IMG/VR virus record: IMGVR_UViG_3300049730_000275 | Coordinates: 1-40,466 of that record | Length of the DNA stretch: 40,466 nt | DNA from: a virus | Lineage: Duplodnaviria; Caudoviricetes | Reading direction: 5' to 3' (one strand) | Shown here: positions 8,035 to 16,219 of the stretch, in pieces | Layout of the letters: each line of letters opens with the position of its first letter | Position numbering within the stretch: the stretch's first letter is position 1 | The notes under the pieces: generated by a model | Seen by the model: the letters and a program-made list of their open reading frames with translations, nothing else | What the model was told of the DNA's origin: nothing | The model's database searches: none | Program-made: the position numbers and the translations under genes

Positions 8035-8429
8035 CAGCAGTAGCCCCCCCAATGCCGTAATCCACCCGTCCACGGATGGGCAATCACCCACGCCGCCACA
8101 CGTGCGGCCGCGGAGGCGTCGTACCGCAGCGCAAGCACCGGCGAATACCCGGCCTGGGGCGCCGCCCACTGCCAGAGCCGCGGCATGAACTGCATCAAGC
8201 CCGCAGCGCCACTGCCCTGGAAGTTGTTGGCCCACGGATCGAACCGTGACTCCCGCCACGCAATCCGGCGCAGGCACCACTCGGACACGCCATGCTCCTG
8301 TGCAGCGACCGCAATCGCCGTGGCCACCTCGGCCGACTGTGCGTGGCTGTCGTGCGCCGCCATGCCCACGCAGCCGCCCAGGTAGCCGGCGACAAAGCCG
8401 ACCAGCACCAGCAGCGTGGTGCGCGTCAT
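8034..8429 (-). CDS. SLT-family lytic transglycosylase with N-terminal signal/anchor
   Basis: IAWRESRFDPWA (catalytic Glu) and GAAGLMQF; hydrophobic Gly-rich N-terminus. Confidence 0.85.
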   Translation of the reverse strand: MTRTTLLVLVGFVAGYLGGCVGMAAHDSHAQSAEVATAIAVAAQEHGVSEWCLRRIAWRESRFDPWANNFQGSGAAGLMQFMPRLWQWAAPQAGYSPVLALRYDASAAARVAAWVIAHPWTGGLRHWGGYC

Positions 8430-8701
8430 CGCCGCTCCACCTCGCGGCCGATCCACCAGTACCGCACGTCCGCCACATCTTCGGTGCACTCCCCATCGGG
8501 ACTCTCCCGGGGCGAGGGATGCAGCACGTGCGCGGCCGCCCGCACGCCCGGCGGCAGGCCCTGCTGGCAGGCCGGACAGTCCCGCCGTGCCAGGTCACGA
8601 CGAAACCGCACCAGCACCTCGGGATGGTCGACGGGGTACGTGATGCTGGCCAGGGCGCCGCACCGGAACGGCACTCCCGTCACCTCGATCAAGTCGCTCA
8701 C
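8426..8701 (-). CDS. Small hypothetical protein (CxxC)
   Basis: GTGA/ATGA overlaps at both ends; DCPAC. Confidence 0.6.
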   Translation of the reverse strand: MSDLIEVTGVPFRCGALASITYPVDHPEVLVRFRRDLARRDCPACQQGLPPGVRAAAHVLHPSPRESPDGECTEDVADVRYWWIGREVERR

Positions 8702-9453
8702 GATTTCACCTCAGCCTCGCGTCCCAATTGCGCCGCCACCGCCTCCACCGCCGCGTCGTCGGCCGGGATCGTCCCGCCGGCCGCGGCCAGCACCCGCTCG
8801 GCGCCGAACTCGTCGACCAGCGCCTGCAGGCTGCGCCCGTTGGCCGCCGGCTGCCACGCCGCGTCGACGATCGCCCCGTCGGCCCCCCCGCGCGTGTCCT
8901 GCGCGTTCGGGATGGCGATCACGTTGCCCGCCTCGTCGACGTCCGCCCCGAATTCGTCGGCCCGTTTCATCCCCCCGATCACGTCGGCGAACAGCACGTC
9001 GGCGACGAAGCCCACCGCCCGCCACTTGCACATGTTGCGCGGGTACGTCTCCCACGCGCCGCCGGGCTTGATCAGCCCGGCCCGCCTGGCGTCGGCGATC
9101 GTCCAGCCCGTCTCGTACTCCAGCTCCCCGCGCTTCATCCACACCGAGCAGCCGTCCGCGCTCTCCGTGATCCGCAGGCCGTCCAGCTCGCCGGAGCGCA
9201 TCACCAGCGCCAGCGCCCCGCGGGGCGAGAGCGTGGGCTTCCCCTGGATGACCTGGATCAGCTCGAAGCTGGCGGCCAGGCCCAGGCCCAGCTCGGTGCC
9301 CTTCAAGCAAATCGCCATAGCAGCCTCCACCGAACTACAGCCAAACAAGCGTGACTTGTGGAGCACGGGCGCAACTACCTCAATGAGATGCCACCGTTCG
9401 TTGGTCAATGCGTAGTCCGGCGCAACTCGTTCTTGGCGTGGCGCGTCGCTCAT
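8698..9453 (-). CDS. RecT/Red-beta-like single-strand annealing protein
   Basis: GTELGLG..SFELIQVIQGKPTL..ALAL..WTIADARRAGL..WETYPRNM..RA..FADVIGG; sits close to the exonuclease gene. Confidence 0.85.
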   Translation of the reverse strand: MSDAPRQERVAPDYALTNERWHLIEVVAPVLHKSRLFGCSSVEAAMAICLKGTELGLGLAASFELIQVIQGKPTLSPRGALALVMRSGELDGLRITESADGCSVWMKRGELEYETGWTIADARRAGLIKPGGAWETYPRNMCKWRAVGFVADVLFADVIGGMKRADEFGADVDEAGNVIAIPNAQDTRGGADGAIVDAAWQPAANGRSLQALVDEFGAERVLAAAGGTIPADDAAVEAVAAQLGREAEVKS

Positions 9454-10028
9454 CAACTCTTCTCCCGAACACCCATACCTGGCTTGACACCACGAACGAT
9501 TTTGCTGATGGTGGTTTGCGCTACGCCGTGCTGTACTGCAAGTTCGTTTTGCGTGACCGTGCCAGTCCGGTAAAGGCCGCGAATCGCATTTCGTTGATCT
9601 AGCGACAGCGATCCACCGTGCCGCCAGTGCCGCGCACCGCGCGGTGTTGCCTCGGGTTTTGTGTGGCGACCGTGTCGCATTCCCGTTGGTCTTCTGCCGG
9701 GGCGGTTTTTGCTCCAATGGGTCTCCCCATGGACTTGCCGCCCCTTTACTGAGCGATCCGCATGGTTGGTCGCGGGGGTGCCCAAAAACAGGTGCGCCGG
9801 GTTCACGCACGGCGGGTTGTCGCACCCATGACAAATGACGAGACCCTCGGGAATGGGACCGTTTTCGGCGAACCACGCGAACCGGTTTGCACGCCAATTG
9901 CGACCCTGGTACGAGAACACGCCGTAGCCTTTCGGATTACGAAAGCCCGTCCACACCCAACACGCTTTGGGGCCGCAACTCGTATCGACGCGCTGCCAGA
10001 AATCTCGCGCAGTGTTCTTGCGGCCCAT
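9453..10028 (-). CDS. Free-standing HNH homing endonuclease 2 with C-terminal HTH
   Basis: [36 protein letters not shown]; [18 protein letters not shown]; TAATG overlap in and TGATG overlap out. Confidence 0.92.
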   Translation of the reverse strand: MGRKNTARDFWQRVDTSCGPKACWVWTGFRNPKGYGVFSYQGRNWRANRFAWFAENGPIPEGLVICHGCDNPPCVNPAHLFLGTPATNHADRSVKGRQVHGETHWSKNRPGRRPTGMRHGRHTKPEATPRGARHWRHGGSLSLDQRNAIRGLYRTGTVTQNELAVQHGVAQTTISKIVRGVKPGMGVREKS

Positions 10029-10129
10029 TACCACCACGGCATCTCCTGTGTTTCCCCCACGCGGGTGATCAGCTCCCACGTCTCGGGGCGCAGCGCGAGC
10101 GCGGTCGACTGCCCGCTCCTGCTGCTCAT
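10028..10129 (-). pseudogene. 33-aa mini-ORF, probable orphaned original N-terminus of the RecT-like gene
   Basis: [13 protein letters not shown] aligns with ALTNERWHLIEVV of the RecT-like N-terminus (7/13 identical); coupled at both ends. Confidence 0.65.
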
Positions 10130-10542
10130 GGCCGGCATCCCGGGGATGCCGGTGTCCCCATCCACGTGCCGCGCGGTCGGCCGTCCGGTCGGCCCTCCAG
10201 CTGCCCGAGCACGGCCCCCACGTGGATCCGGCTGGCGACGGTCACGCGCCGGCCCCGTTCCAGGTCGCTCACCAATCCCCGCGAGCAGCAGGCCGACCTG
10301 GCGAGCGCCGCCTGCGTCAGCCCCAGCGCCACCCGCCGCACGCGCAGCTCCGCGCCGTACGGCAGCGGTGTCGGCGTGCCGGGCGACGGGGCGAGCGGTG
10401 GCCAGCGGAGGCGCGCCTCGAGCGCGTGGAGTCGCCGGCGCACCGTCCATAGCGCCTGCTCGATGGCCTCCACCGCGTCCCACAGCCGGTCGACGTCGTC
10501 ACGGTCGTCACGCGGGCTTCGCGCTGGCGCGGCCTCGGTCAT
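10126..10542 (-). CDS. Coiled-coil + XRE HTH protein
   Basis: [35 protein letters not shown]. Confidence 0.85.
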   Translation of the reverse strand: MTEAAPARSPRDDRDDVDRLWDAVEAIEQALWTVRRRLHALEARLRWPPLAPSPGTPTPLPYGAELRVRRVALGLTQAALARSACCSRGLVSDLERGRRVTVASRIHVGAVLGQLEGRPDGRPRGTWMGTPASPGCRP

Positions 10543-10796
10543 CGGTCTGCCTCCAGGAGCGCTTGCTCGGCGGCCCGGTAGGCCGCGCGCAACTCGGCCA
10601 GGGTCTGGCGCGGTGGCGGCACCGGTACGGGATTTCCGTTCACCCGCACCACCCGCCGGGCGCGATCGGCGAGGTCCGGGGCGAACTCGAAGACCAGCGC
10701 CGCGACCAGCGCCGCGCTCTTGAGCACGCGCAGGTGCTCGACCGCAATGCACGCCTTCGGCGCCGTCGGCACCGTCGGCAGCGTCGGCGTCGTCAT
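10539..10796 (-). CDS. Small hypothetical protein
   Basis: ATGA overlaps at both ends; GGCGAGG RBS-like sequence upstream. Confidence 0.6.
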   Translation of the reverse strand: MTTPTLPTVPTAPKACIAVEHLRVLKSAALVAALVFEFAPDLADRARRVVRVNGNPVPVPPPRQTLAELRAAYRAAEQALLEADR

Positions 10797-11287
10797 GTGG
10801 CCTCGCCTTCCTGGGCAGCACGTGCCTCCAGCCGGTCCAGCGCCGCGGCCAGCGCCAGACGCAATCCGGCGCTGTCGTGGTCGACGCGCTCCAGCTCGGC
10901 CAGCGCGCTGCGCGACCCACGAACCCAAAGGGCCAGCTGGCGCTGGCTCAGTCCCAACGCTTCCCGTCGAGCACGGAGGGCAGCGCCCGTGGGGCGCGGC
11001 GCATCCGCCGGCGGGATCGCAAATCGCGCACGCGGCACCCGCGGCACGCTCGGGCGTGCCCTCGGATTGTGAAACAGGCCGCGAAACGCCCGACCCATGG
11101 CGTCCTCGGCTGCCGGGGCTGCCGGTCTGGCCCCTGGCGCCCCACTCGCGGACTCCGCGGCGGCGTCGCGCCGCGCCCGAGCCTCGGCCAGGCGCTGTTC
11201 GATACTGGCCCGCAGCGTCCGCAGGCGCTCGAGTGCGCCGTCAATCGCCGTCCTGTCAAGCCCCAACGCGAGAGTCCTCTCGCTCAT
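10793..11287 (-). CDS. Coiled-coil + XRE HTH protein
   Basis: GAALRARREALGLSQRQLALWVRGSRSALAELER; GGAGG RBS. Confidence 0.8.
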   Translation of the reverse strand: MSERTLALGLDRTAIDGALERLRTLRASIEQRLAEARARRDAAAESASGAPGARPAAPAAEDAMGRAFRGLFHNPRARPSVPRVPRARFAIPPADAPRPTGAALRARREALGLSQRQLALWVRGSRSALAELERVDHDSAGLRLALAAALDRLEARAAQEGEAT

Positions 11288-12141
11288 GCACCCACCTCCA
11301 CAGCCGGCACTGCCGGTGAATCAGGCGAATCGGGATCCAGCTCCGGAAGGCCCTCCGCGCGGGCTATCCGCGCCTCCAGCAGCGCGTCGGCGTCGGCGTC
11401 GTCGACGATCGCCAGCCAGCAGCCGGCGTCGAGCCCCAGCGCGCCGTTGACCAGCCGTTTGGTGCCTCCCGACACGCCGGGTACGGGGCCGTGGCCACCG
11501 GCGTTGTTGGCGTCGGTCAGGTACTCCAGCGCCCAGGCCACCGTGCCACAGTGGCGCAGCAGGGCCCGCGCCCGTTCGGGGCCCACGCCGGGCAGCGCGG
11601 CCAGGATCGCCTCGTCGTCGTCGACCACGCCAAACGGCCGCGCCGGCGCCACCCGTACCCCCGCACGCGACCGGTTGCCCAGGCGCACCACGGCTGGCCC
11701 GTAGTCCAGCTCCCCGTTCACCGTCACCACCCCCACGCCGGCCTCGTGCAGGTCGAGCAACGCGCCCTGCAGCGCCGGCCAGTCCCAGCCCGTTTCCCGC
11801 CACCCTTGGGTGTAGCCCAGGGCCGAGCCGTCGCCGAACCACGTTTTGCCGTTGGCGCCGAAGTGCAGGTCGCCCGTCACGACCAGGTAGGTCCACGGGG
11901 TGAGCGCCCGGCAACCGGCGAGCTGCTCGTACAGCCGGCCCGATCGCAGCGAGGACAGGAAGTCGCTCGGCGTCTTGCGCTCGACGCAGAGCAGCGCGCC
12001 GTCGTCGGCCACGGCCTGGACGTCGCCACAGCCGAGCGTGGCCACGCTGCTGTCGACGCGCTGGTCGCGGAGCGCGCGTTGGAGGCCGTCGATGACGTGT
12101 TTGGGTTCGCGGGAGTCGATCACGGCGGTGAGCAGTCCCAT
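11284..12141 (-). CDS. ERCC4/XPF-family structure-specific nuclease with HhH (probable resolvase)
   Basis: VIDSREP, GD, VERKTPSDF..S..GRLYEQL; HhH LPGVGPERARALL. Confidence 0.9.
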   Translation of the reverse strand: MGLLTAVIDSREPKHVIDGLQRALRDQRVDSSVATLGCGDVQAVADDGALLCVERKTPSDFLSSLRSGRLYEQLAGCRALTPWTYLVVTGDLHFGANGKTWFGDGSALGYTQGWRETGWDWPALQGALLDLHEAGVGVVTVNGELDYGPAVVRLGNRSRAGVRVAPARPFGVVDDDEAILAALPGVGPERARALLRHCGTVAWALEYLTDANNAGGHGPVPGVSGGTKRLVNGALGLDAGCWLAIVDDADADALLEARIARAEGLPELDPDSPDSPAVPAVEVGA

Positions 12142-12207
12142 CGTGTGCCTTGCCTGTGACCTATTTGTGACTTGGTGCGACTTGGCGCGCTTTGCTGCGA
12201 CGGAGTG

Positions 12208-13044
12208 CTACACACCCGCGCCGGCGGCGGCAGCAAACGCGGCCACCACGTCCGGATGGTCGACGCCACCGTAGACCCGCTTGAGCAGCCCGTTCTGCTC
12301 GATCAGGGCAGCCAGCCGGTCGACATCGCCCTTCGACGCGGCGACGATCGGCGCCAAGAACTTGGCGGCGGTCTGCGCCTCGACGGCGTCGACCGGGCCG
12401 AGGTCACCGCCGGCCCGCCCGGCGTGCCGGCCGGCGCCAGACGGCGAAGGATTCCCCGGTGCGTCCTCGGGCAAGGGCCGATCGGCCGGCGGCGCGGCAC
12501 CGTTCGGCGACGCGCCGGCTGCCGGCCCACTTGGACCACGTCGAGTCTGGGCAGCCACGAAGCAGGCCTGCTCGTCGCCGAACAGCCGGACGAACTTGAA
12601 CGTCGTGGCGTCGCGTACCTCACCCGCCGCGTTGGTGTACTTGCGCCCCGACGGCACCAGCTGGGCCTCGACGTACTGGTTGTGGAGCTGCTTGGCGTTC
12701 AGGCCCAGCGCCCTGATCGACGGGTTGACGAGCTGCGTCCACTCCCGGCTCTCGGCGATCAGGTCGCGCTCGGTCGTCTCGCGGCCCGGCACCACCGGGA
12801 TCACCGCCAACTGGACGGCGGTGTAGCAGTTGTCGCCGTGCAGCGCCGGGTCGTAGGGCACCTTGCCGGCCCCTTTCACCAGCGCGCAGGTCCAGACCTC
12901 GATCTGTGCCTGCCCGAACACGGTGAAGGTGGGGTCCCAGGTCGCCGTGTCGGCCCGCGCCCAGGGATCGTCCGGTGTCGGTAGCTGCGTTTTTTGCGCG
13001 TGTGCCGTCTGTGCGGTCTGTGCGGTCTGTGCGGTCTCTACCAC
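12208..13044 (-). CDS. Putative single-stranded DNA-binding (OB-fold-like) protein
   Basis: AAGGAGG RBS before GTG at 13044; beta-rich core with RKYTNAAGEVRDATTFKF; located in the recombination module. Confidence 0.5.
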   Translation of the reverse strand: MVETAQTAQTAQTAHAQKTQLPTPDDPWARADTATWDPTFTVFGQAQIEVWTCALVKGAGKVPYDPALHGDNCYTAVQLAVIPVVPGRETTERDLIAESREWTQLVNPSIRALGLNAKQLHNQYVEAQLVPSGRKYTNAAGEVRDATTFKFVRLFGDEQACFVAAQTRRGPSGPAAGASPNGAAPPADRPLPEDAPGNPSPSGAGRHAGRAGGDLGPVDAVEAQTAAKFLAPIVAASKGDVDRLAALIEQNGLLKRVYGGVDHPDVVAAFAAAAGAGV

Positions 13045-13232
13045 GGTCGTGGGCCTCCTTGTGTTTGGTTGTGCCGGCGCACCTGCCCGCGCCTGCGCCG
13101 GTAGGCCTCTGCCTGGCTTGCCAGCTCCCGCGCGTCCGGGTCGTAGATGCCCACCAGCGCCAGCAGGAGCGCCAGGATCAGAAAAGTCGCGGAGACGAAG
13201 CCGATGCCGAACGCGAGCCAAAACCCGTCCAT
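13038..13232 (-). CDS. Small single-TM membrane protein
   Basis: FWLAFGIGFVSATFLILALLLALVGI followed by a basic tail; TGATG-coupled. Confidence 0.7.
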   Translation of the reverse strand: MDGFWLAFGIGFVSATFLILALLLALVGIYDPDARELASQAEAYRRRRGQVRRHNQTQGGPRPW

Positions 13233-13642
13233 CAGGCGCTTGCCCGGGCCCGCAGGCGGGGCAACGGCCCTTCGGTGAGATGTCCGCCGGCACGGTCACC
13301 CGCCTGATGTGCCAGTCGCTCGACGCACCGCGCCGCGACCCGCGCCAGCTCGCCGGCCGCGAGCTCGTCGACGAGGGCCACCGCCCGTTCTACGGCCGGC
13401 GGGATGGGCGCGTCGTGCGGCAGCAGCCGCTCCACGGCTGCCCGGTTGAGCACCACCCGCCCGCGCACCTTGCGCCCCGCCAGCGTGCCCTCCCGCCAGT
13501 GGCGCCGGACTGTCTCCGGCGAGAGTGAGAGCAGCGCCGCTGCCTCGTTCGGGGAGACGGTCGGCCCGGTCGGCCCGGTCGACGCCGGCGAGACGGGTGG
13601 CGCGTCAGGCCTCCCGGCCGCGCTCGGTAGAATCACGGTCAC
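13232..13642 (-). CDS. Excisionase-like HTH_17 protein
   Basis: SPNEAAALLSLSPETVRRHWREGTLAGRKVRGRVVLNRAAVERLL; second gene after cro. Confidence 0.8.
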   Translation of the reverse strand: MTVILPSAAGRPDAPPVSPASTGPTGPTVSPNEAAALLSLSPETVRRHWREGTLAGRKVRGRVVLNRAAVERLLPHDAPIPPAVERAVALVDELAAGELARVAARCVERLAHQAGDRAGGHLTEGPLPRLRARASA

Positions 13643-13673
13643 ACCTGCCTTTCGTGCGCGTGTCGTGCACGTG

Positions 13674-13728
13674 CGACGCGCCCCGCCGGGTTTCCAGGCC
13701 CAGGCCGCGGGGCGCGTCGTCGTTTTCT
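13674..13728. terminator. 13-bp GC stem-loop between cro and xis (T-run on plus strand)
   Basis: cgacgcgccccgc (13674-13686) pairs perfectly with gcggggcgcgtcg (13707-13719), followed by tcgttttct. Confidence 0.55.
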
Positions 13729-14026
13729 AGGCTTGCCCGGCCTGCCGGCCAACGCCGCGCAGTCCTCCCCGAGGCGCTGCCCGTTCGGGTAGCAGTTCCG
13801 GCACTTGAGTAGCACGCCGGGCAACGAGAGACGCCGCCACCTCGCGCAAGTCGCCGAAGTTCGCCATGACACCGCCCAGCGAATGGAGGCCCAACCCCCG
13901 CCGGTAAAGGCGGATGTGGCCCCACTGCGCGCGGCCCACACACAGCAGCTTCGCCATCTCGGCATCGCTCAAATTGCGCGCTCTTTGGATGGCGATCAGC
14001 GCCTCCACCAACTGGCGTTCGTCCAT
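13727..14026 (-). CDS. Cro-like HTH regulator
   Basis: Divergent from the repressor; QRARNLSDAEMAKLLCVGRAQWGHI. Confidence 0.75.
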   Translation of the reverse strand: MDERQLVEALIAIQRARNLSDAEMAKLLCVGRAQWGHIRLYRRGLGLHSLGGVMANFGDLREVAASLVARRATQVPELLPERAAPRGGLRGVGRQAGQA

Positions 14027-14028
14027 CG

Positions 14029-14096
14029 GCTACCAAAGTAGCACCACCGCCCATTCTTGTCAACCACATTTCGACCGTTCTTGCTACCACAGTAGC
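14029..14096. promoter_or_regulatory. Two palindromic operators GCTAC-caNa-GTAGC
   Basis: gctaccaaagtagc at 14029-14042 (covers the cro -10) and gctaccacagtagc at 14083-14096 (in the cI promoter region). Confidence 0.85.
14035..14063 (-). promoter_or_regulatory. Strong sigma70-type lytic promoter for cro (near-leaderless)
   Basis: TTGACA-N17-TACTTT with extended TGn; ATG lies 8 nt after the -10. Confidence 0.85.
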
Positions 14097-14112
14097 GTAT
14101 GCTAGCGCCACC

Positions 14113-14784
14113 GTGGGCATGCGGGAGGTGGGCGCCTTCGTGCGCCAGCAGCGCGACCAGCGCGGCTTTAGCCAGGCCGACCTTGCAGAGGCGGTCGGGA
14201 TCGCCCGCTCGTACGTGTCGAAGATCGAGCGCGGCGACGTGGACGGGCTCGGCCACGACGTGGTGCGTAACCTCGCCGGTGCGCTCGGCGTGCCCCAGGA
14301 GCACCTCGAGGCGTTGCTGTACGACCGTGATCCGGCACGCCCGATCACGCCCGAGCCGGTGCTCCCGTTTGCGGTCGGCGTCGTGGCCCAAGCCAACGCG
14401 GGGAGGGCAGGGGGAGGGTACGTGGAGGACTTCGTGTACCTGCCGCCGTCCGAAGCCCGCGGGCGCTTCCTGCAGGTGGTGCGCGTCACCGGGGACTGCA
14501 TGGAGCCGGAGCTTTCGCCCGGCGATCACGTGCTCATCGACCGCCGGGCGGTGCCCCAGGACGGGCAGATCGTGGTGTTCACCCTCGACGGCGGCGACGT
14601 CCTGATCAAGCGCTTCCACCGCGGCAACGGCTACCTGCTGCTGTGGTCGAACGGCGGCGATCACCTGCGACTCGCACCCGAGTCGGTGCAGATCGAGGGC
14701 GTGGTGCTGCGCATCATGAAAGTGCCCGAGCGGCGGGCCATGCCCGCTGTCCCCGCGGTCCCGGCTGGCTCGTTGGCCTCATGA
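14113..14784 (+). CDS. CI-like repressor (XRE HTH + S24 peptidase)
   Basis: FSQADLAEAVGIARSYVSKIERG; ANAG cleavage-like site; VTGDCMEP..GD.VLID..LIKRF. Confidence 0.93.
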   Translation: MGMREVGAFVRQQRDQRGFSQADLAEAVGIARSYVSKIERGDVDGLGHDVVRNLAGALGVPQEHLEALLYDRDPARPITPEPVLPFAVGVVAQANAGRAGGGYVEDFVYLPPSEARGRFLQVVRVTGDCMEPELSPGDHVLIDRRAVPQDGQIVVFTLDGGDVLIKRFHRGNGYLLLWSNGGDHLRLAPESVQIEGVVLRIMKVPERRAMPAVPAVPAGSLAS

Positions 14785-14809
14785 CCGCCGCCACACGGGT
14801 GGGCTAGCC

Positions 14810-15970
14810 GTGTCCACCGTGCCAGGCCGGCACAAGCGGGGACAGGGCGACGGTTCGTACGACCGGCTTCCCAACGGCACCTGGCGCGGGCGCGTGACCC
14901 TCGACGGCGCGCGGCGCGCGGTCTACGGCCCGACGCGGGCCAACGTCGTCGCCCAGGCCGACGCGCTGCGCCGCCGCCACCGCGAGGGGCGGCTGCCCGC
15001 GTGCGTACCGGCCCACACCACCCTGGCCGGCGCGCTCGAACGGTTGCTCGAGGCGAAGGTAGCCGGGGGGCTCACCGGCCGACACCTGGACACGCACCGG
15101 CGCAACACCGCGACGCACCTGGCGCCCCTACACGCCGTGCGGGTCGAGCAGCTGGCCGCCGCCGACGTGCGCGGGCTGCTGGCGGCGCTGCTCGCGACGC
15201 GCGCCCCTGCCACGGTGCGCCACGTGCGCTCGACGCTGCGCCAGGCGATGGCCCTGGCGGTCGTGGACGGGCTGGCGGTGCGCAACGTGGTCGACGACGT
15301 CCCCGCTCCCCGGCTGCCGCGCCGGCCGCCGCGGGCGCTGCAAGACGCCGAGCTGGCGCGGTTCTGGCGCGCGGCCCGGAAGCACCGGCTGTACGCCCTG
15401 TGGCTGCTGGCGGCCCGCACCGGCCTGCGCCAGGGCGAGCAGCGGGCGCTGCGCTGGACGGACATCGACAAACGCGCCGGCACCCTGACCGTCCAGCACA
15501 CCATGCCGTGGCCGGGCACGCCCGACGGCGAGAAGGCGGCTAAGTCACTCGCCGGCGACCGCACGTTCGGGCTGACGCCGGGCATCCTCGCCGCGCTGGC
15601 CGCGCACCACGACCGGCAGGACGAGGAGCGCGCGCACGCCGGCACGCGCTGGCGCGAATCCGGTCTGGTGTTCACCACCGTGTGGGGCCGGGTGCTGCGG
15701 AACAACGCCATCTGGCGGGCGTTCCAGGAAGTCAAGTGCGCCGCGGCCCTCGCCGACCGGGTCCGGCCCCACGACCTGCGCCACACCGCCGCGTCGCACC
15801 TGCTGGCGGCTGGCGTCTCGCCCGCGGAGGTGGCCCAAATCCTGGGCCACGCCAGCGTGGCCGTGACCACGTCGATCTACGCCGGCTGGATTCGGCGCGG
15901 GGGCAGCGCCGCGCTGCAGGCCGTCGAGGACCGGGACCAAGGTTGGTCAACGAGTGACCAACCGGAGTGA
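14810..15970 (+). CDS. int: Tyrosine integrase
   Basis: TGLRQGE, HDLRHTAAS, LGH, TTSIY; N-terminal arm-binding-like GQGDGSYDR..GTWRGRV. Confidence 0.96.
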   Translation: MSTVPGRHKRGQGDGSYDRLPNGTWRGRVTLDGARRAVYGPTRANVVAQADALRRRHREGRLPACVPAHTTLAGALERLLEAKVAGGLTGRHLDTHRRNTATHLAPLHAVRVEQLAAADVRGLLAALLATRAPATVRHVRSTLRQAMALAVVDGLAVRNVVDDVPAPRLPRRPPRALQDAELARFWRAARKHRLYALWLLAARTGLRQGEQRALRWTDIDKRAGTLTVQHTMPWPGTPDGEKAAKSLAGDRTFGLTPGILAALAAHHDRQDEERAHAGTRWRESGLVFTTVWGRVLRNNAIWRAFQEVKCAAALADRVRPHDLRHTAASHLLAAGVSPAEVAQILGHASVAVTTSIYAGWIRRGGSAALQAVEDRDQGWSTSDQPE

Positions 15971-16193
15971 CGCGGTGCCGTGCGCGCTGTGCGCCGCGTG
16001 CGCCGTGGGCGCGTTCTACCAGGAGTAGCCCGTGCACGGTCGGCAGGCTCGTTGGCGGGGCAAGTCGCTTACGGGCCTGCTTGGCTTGGACACGCGCGCA
16101 GCCGGTTCCGCCCATTGCCTCCCTGGCTGGATCGCAGCACGCACGCGGTAGGGCACACCCGCGTGGGCGTAGTGACCAACCGCTGACCAACCG
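15941..16193. other. Putative attP with arm-type sites TGACCAACC
   Basis: ggttggtca at 15941-49 (inverted); tgaccaacc at 15955-63, 16173-81 and 16184-92; located between int and the convergent late operon. Confidence 0.7.
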
Positions 16194-16219
16194 GGTCATC
16201 CGTCCAGGCGCACCGTGCC

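Noticed and set aside
9301-10129. Group I/II intron or intein in the RecT-like gene
   Set aside because: No non-coding space for a ribozyme core, as the ORFs overlap at both junctions; no intein terminal motifs; the downstream gene has its own ATG and a duplicated N-terminus.
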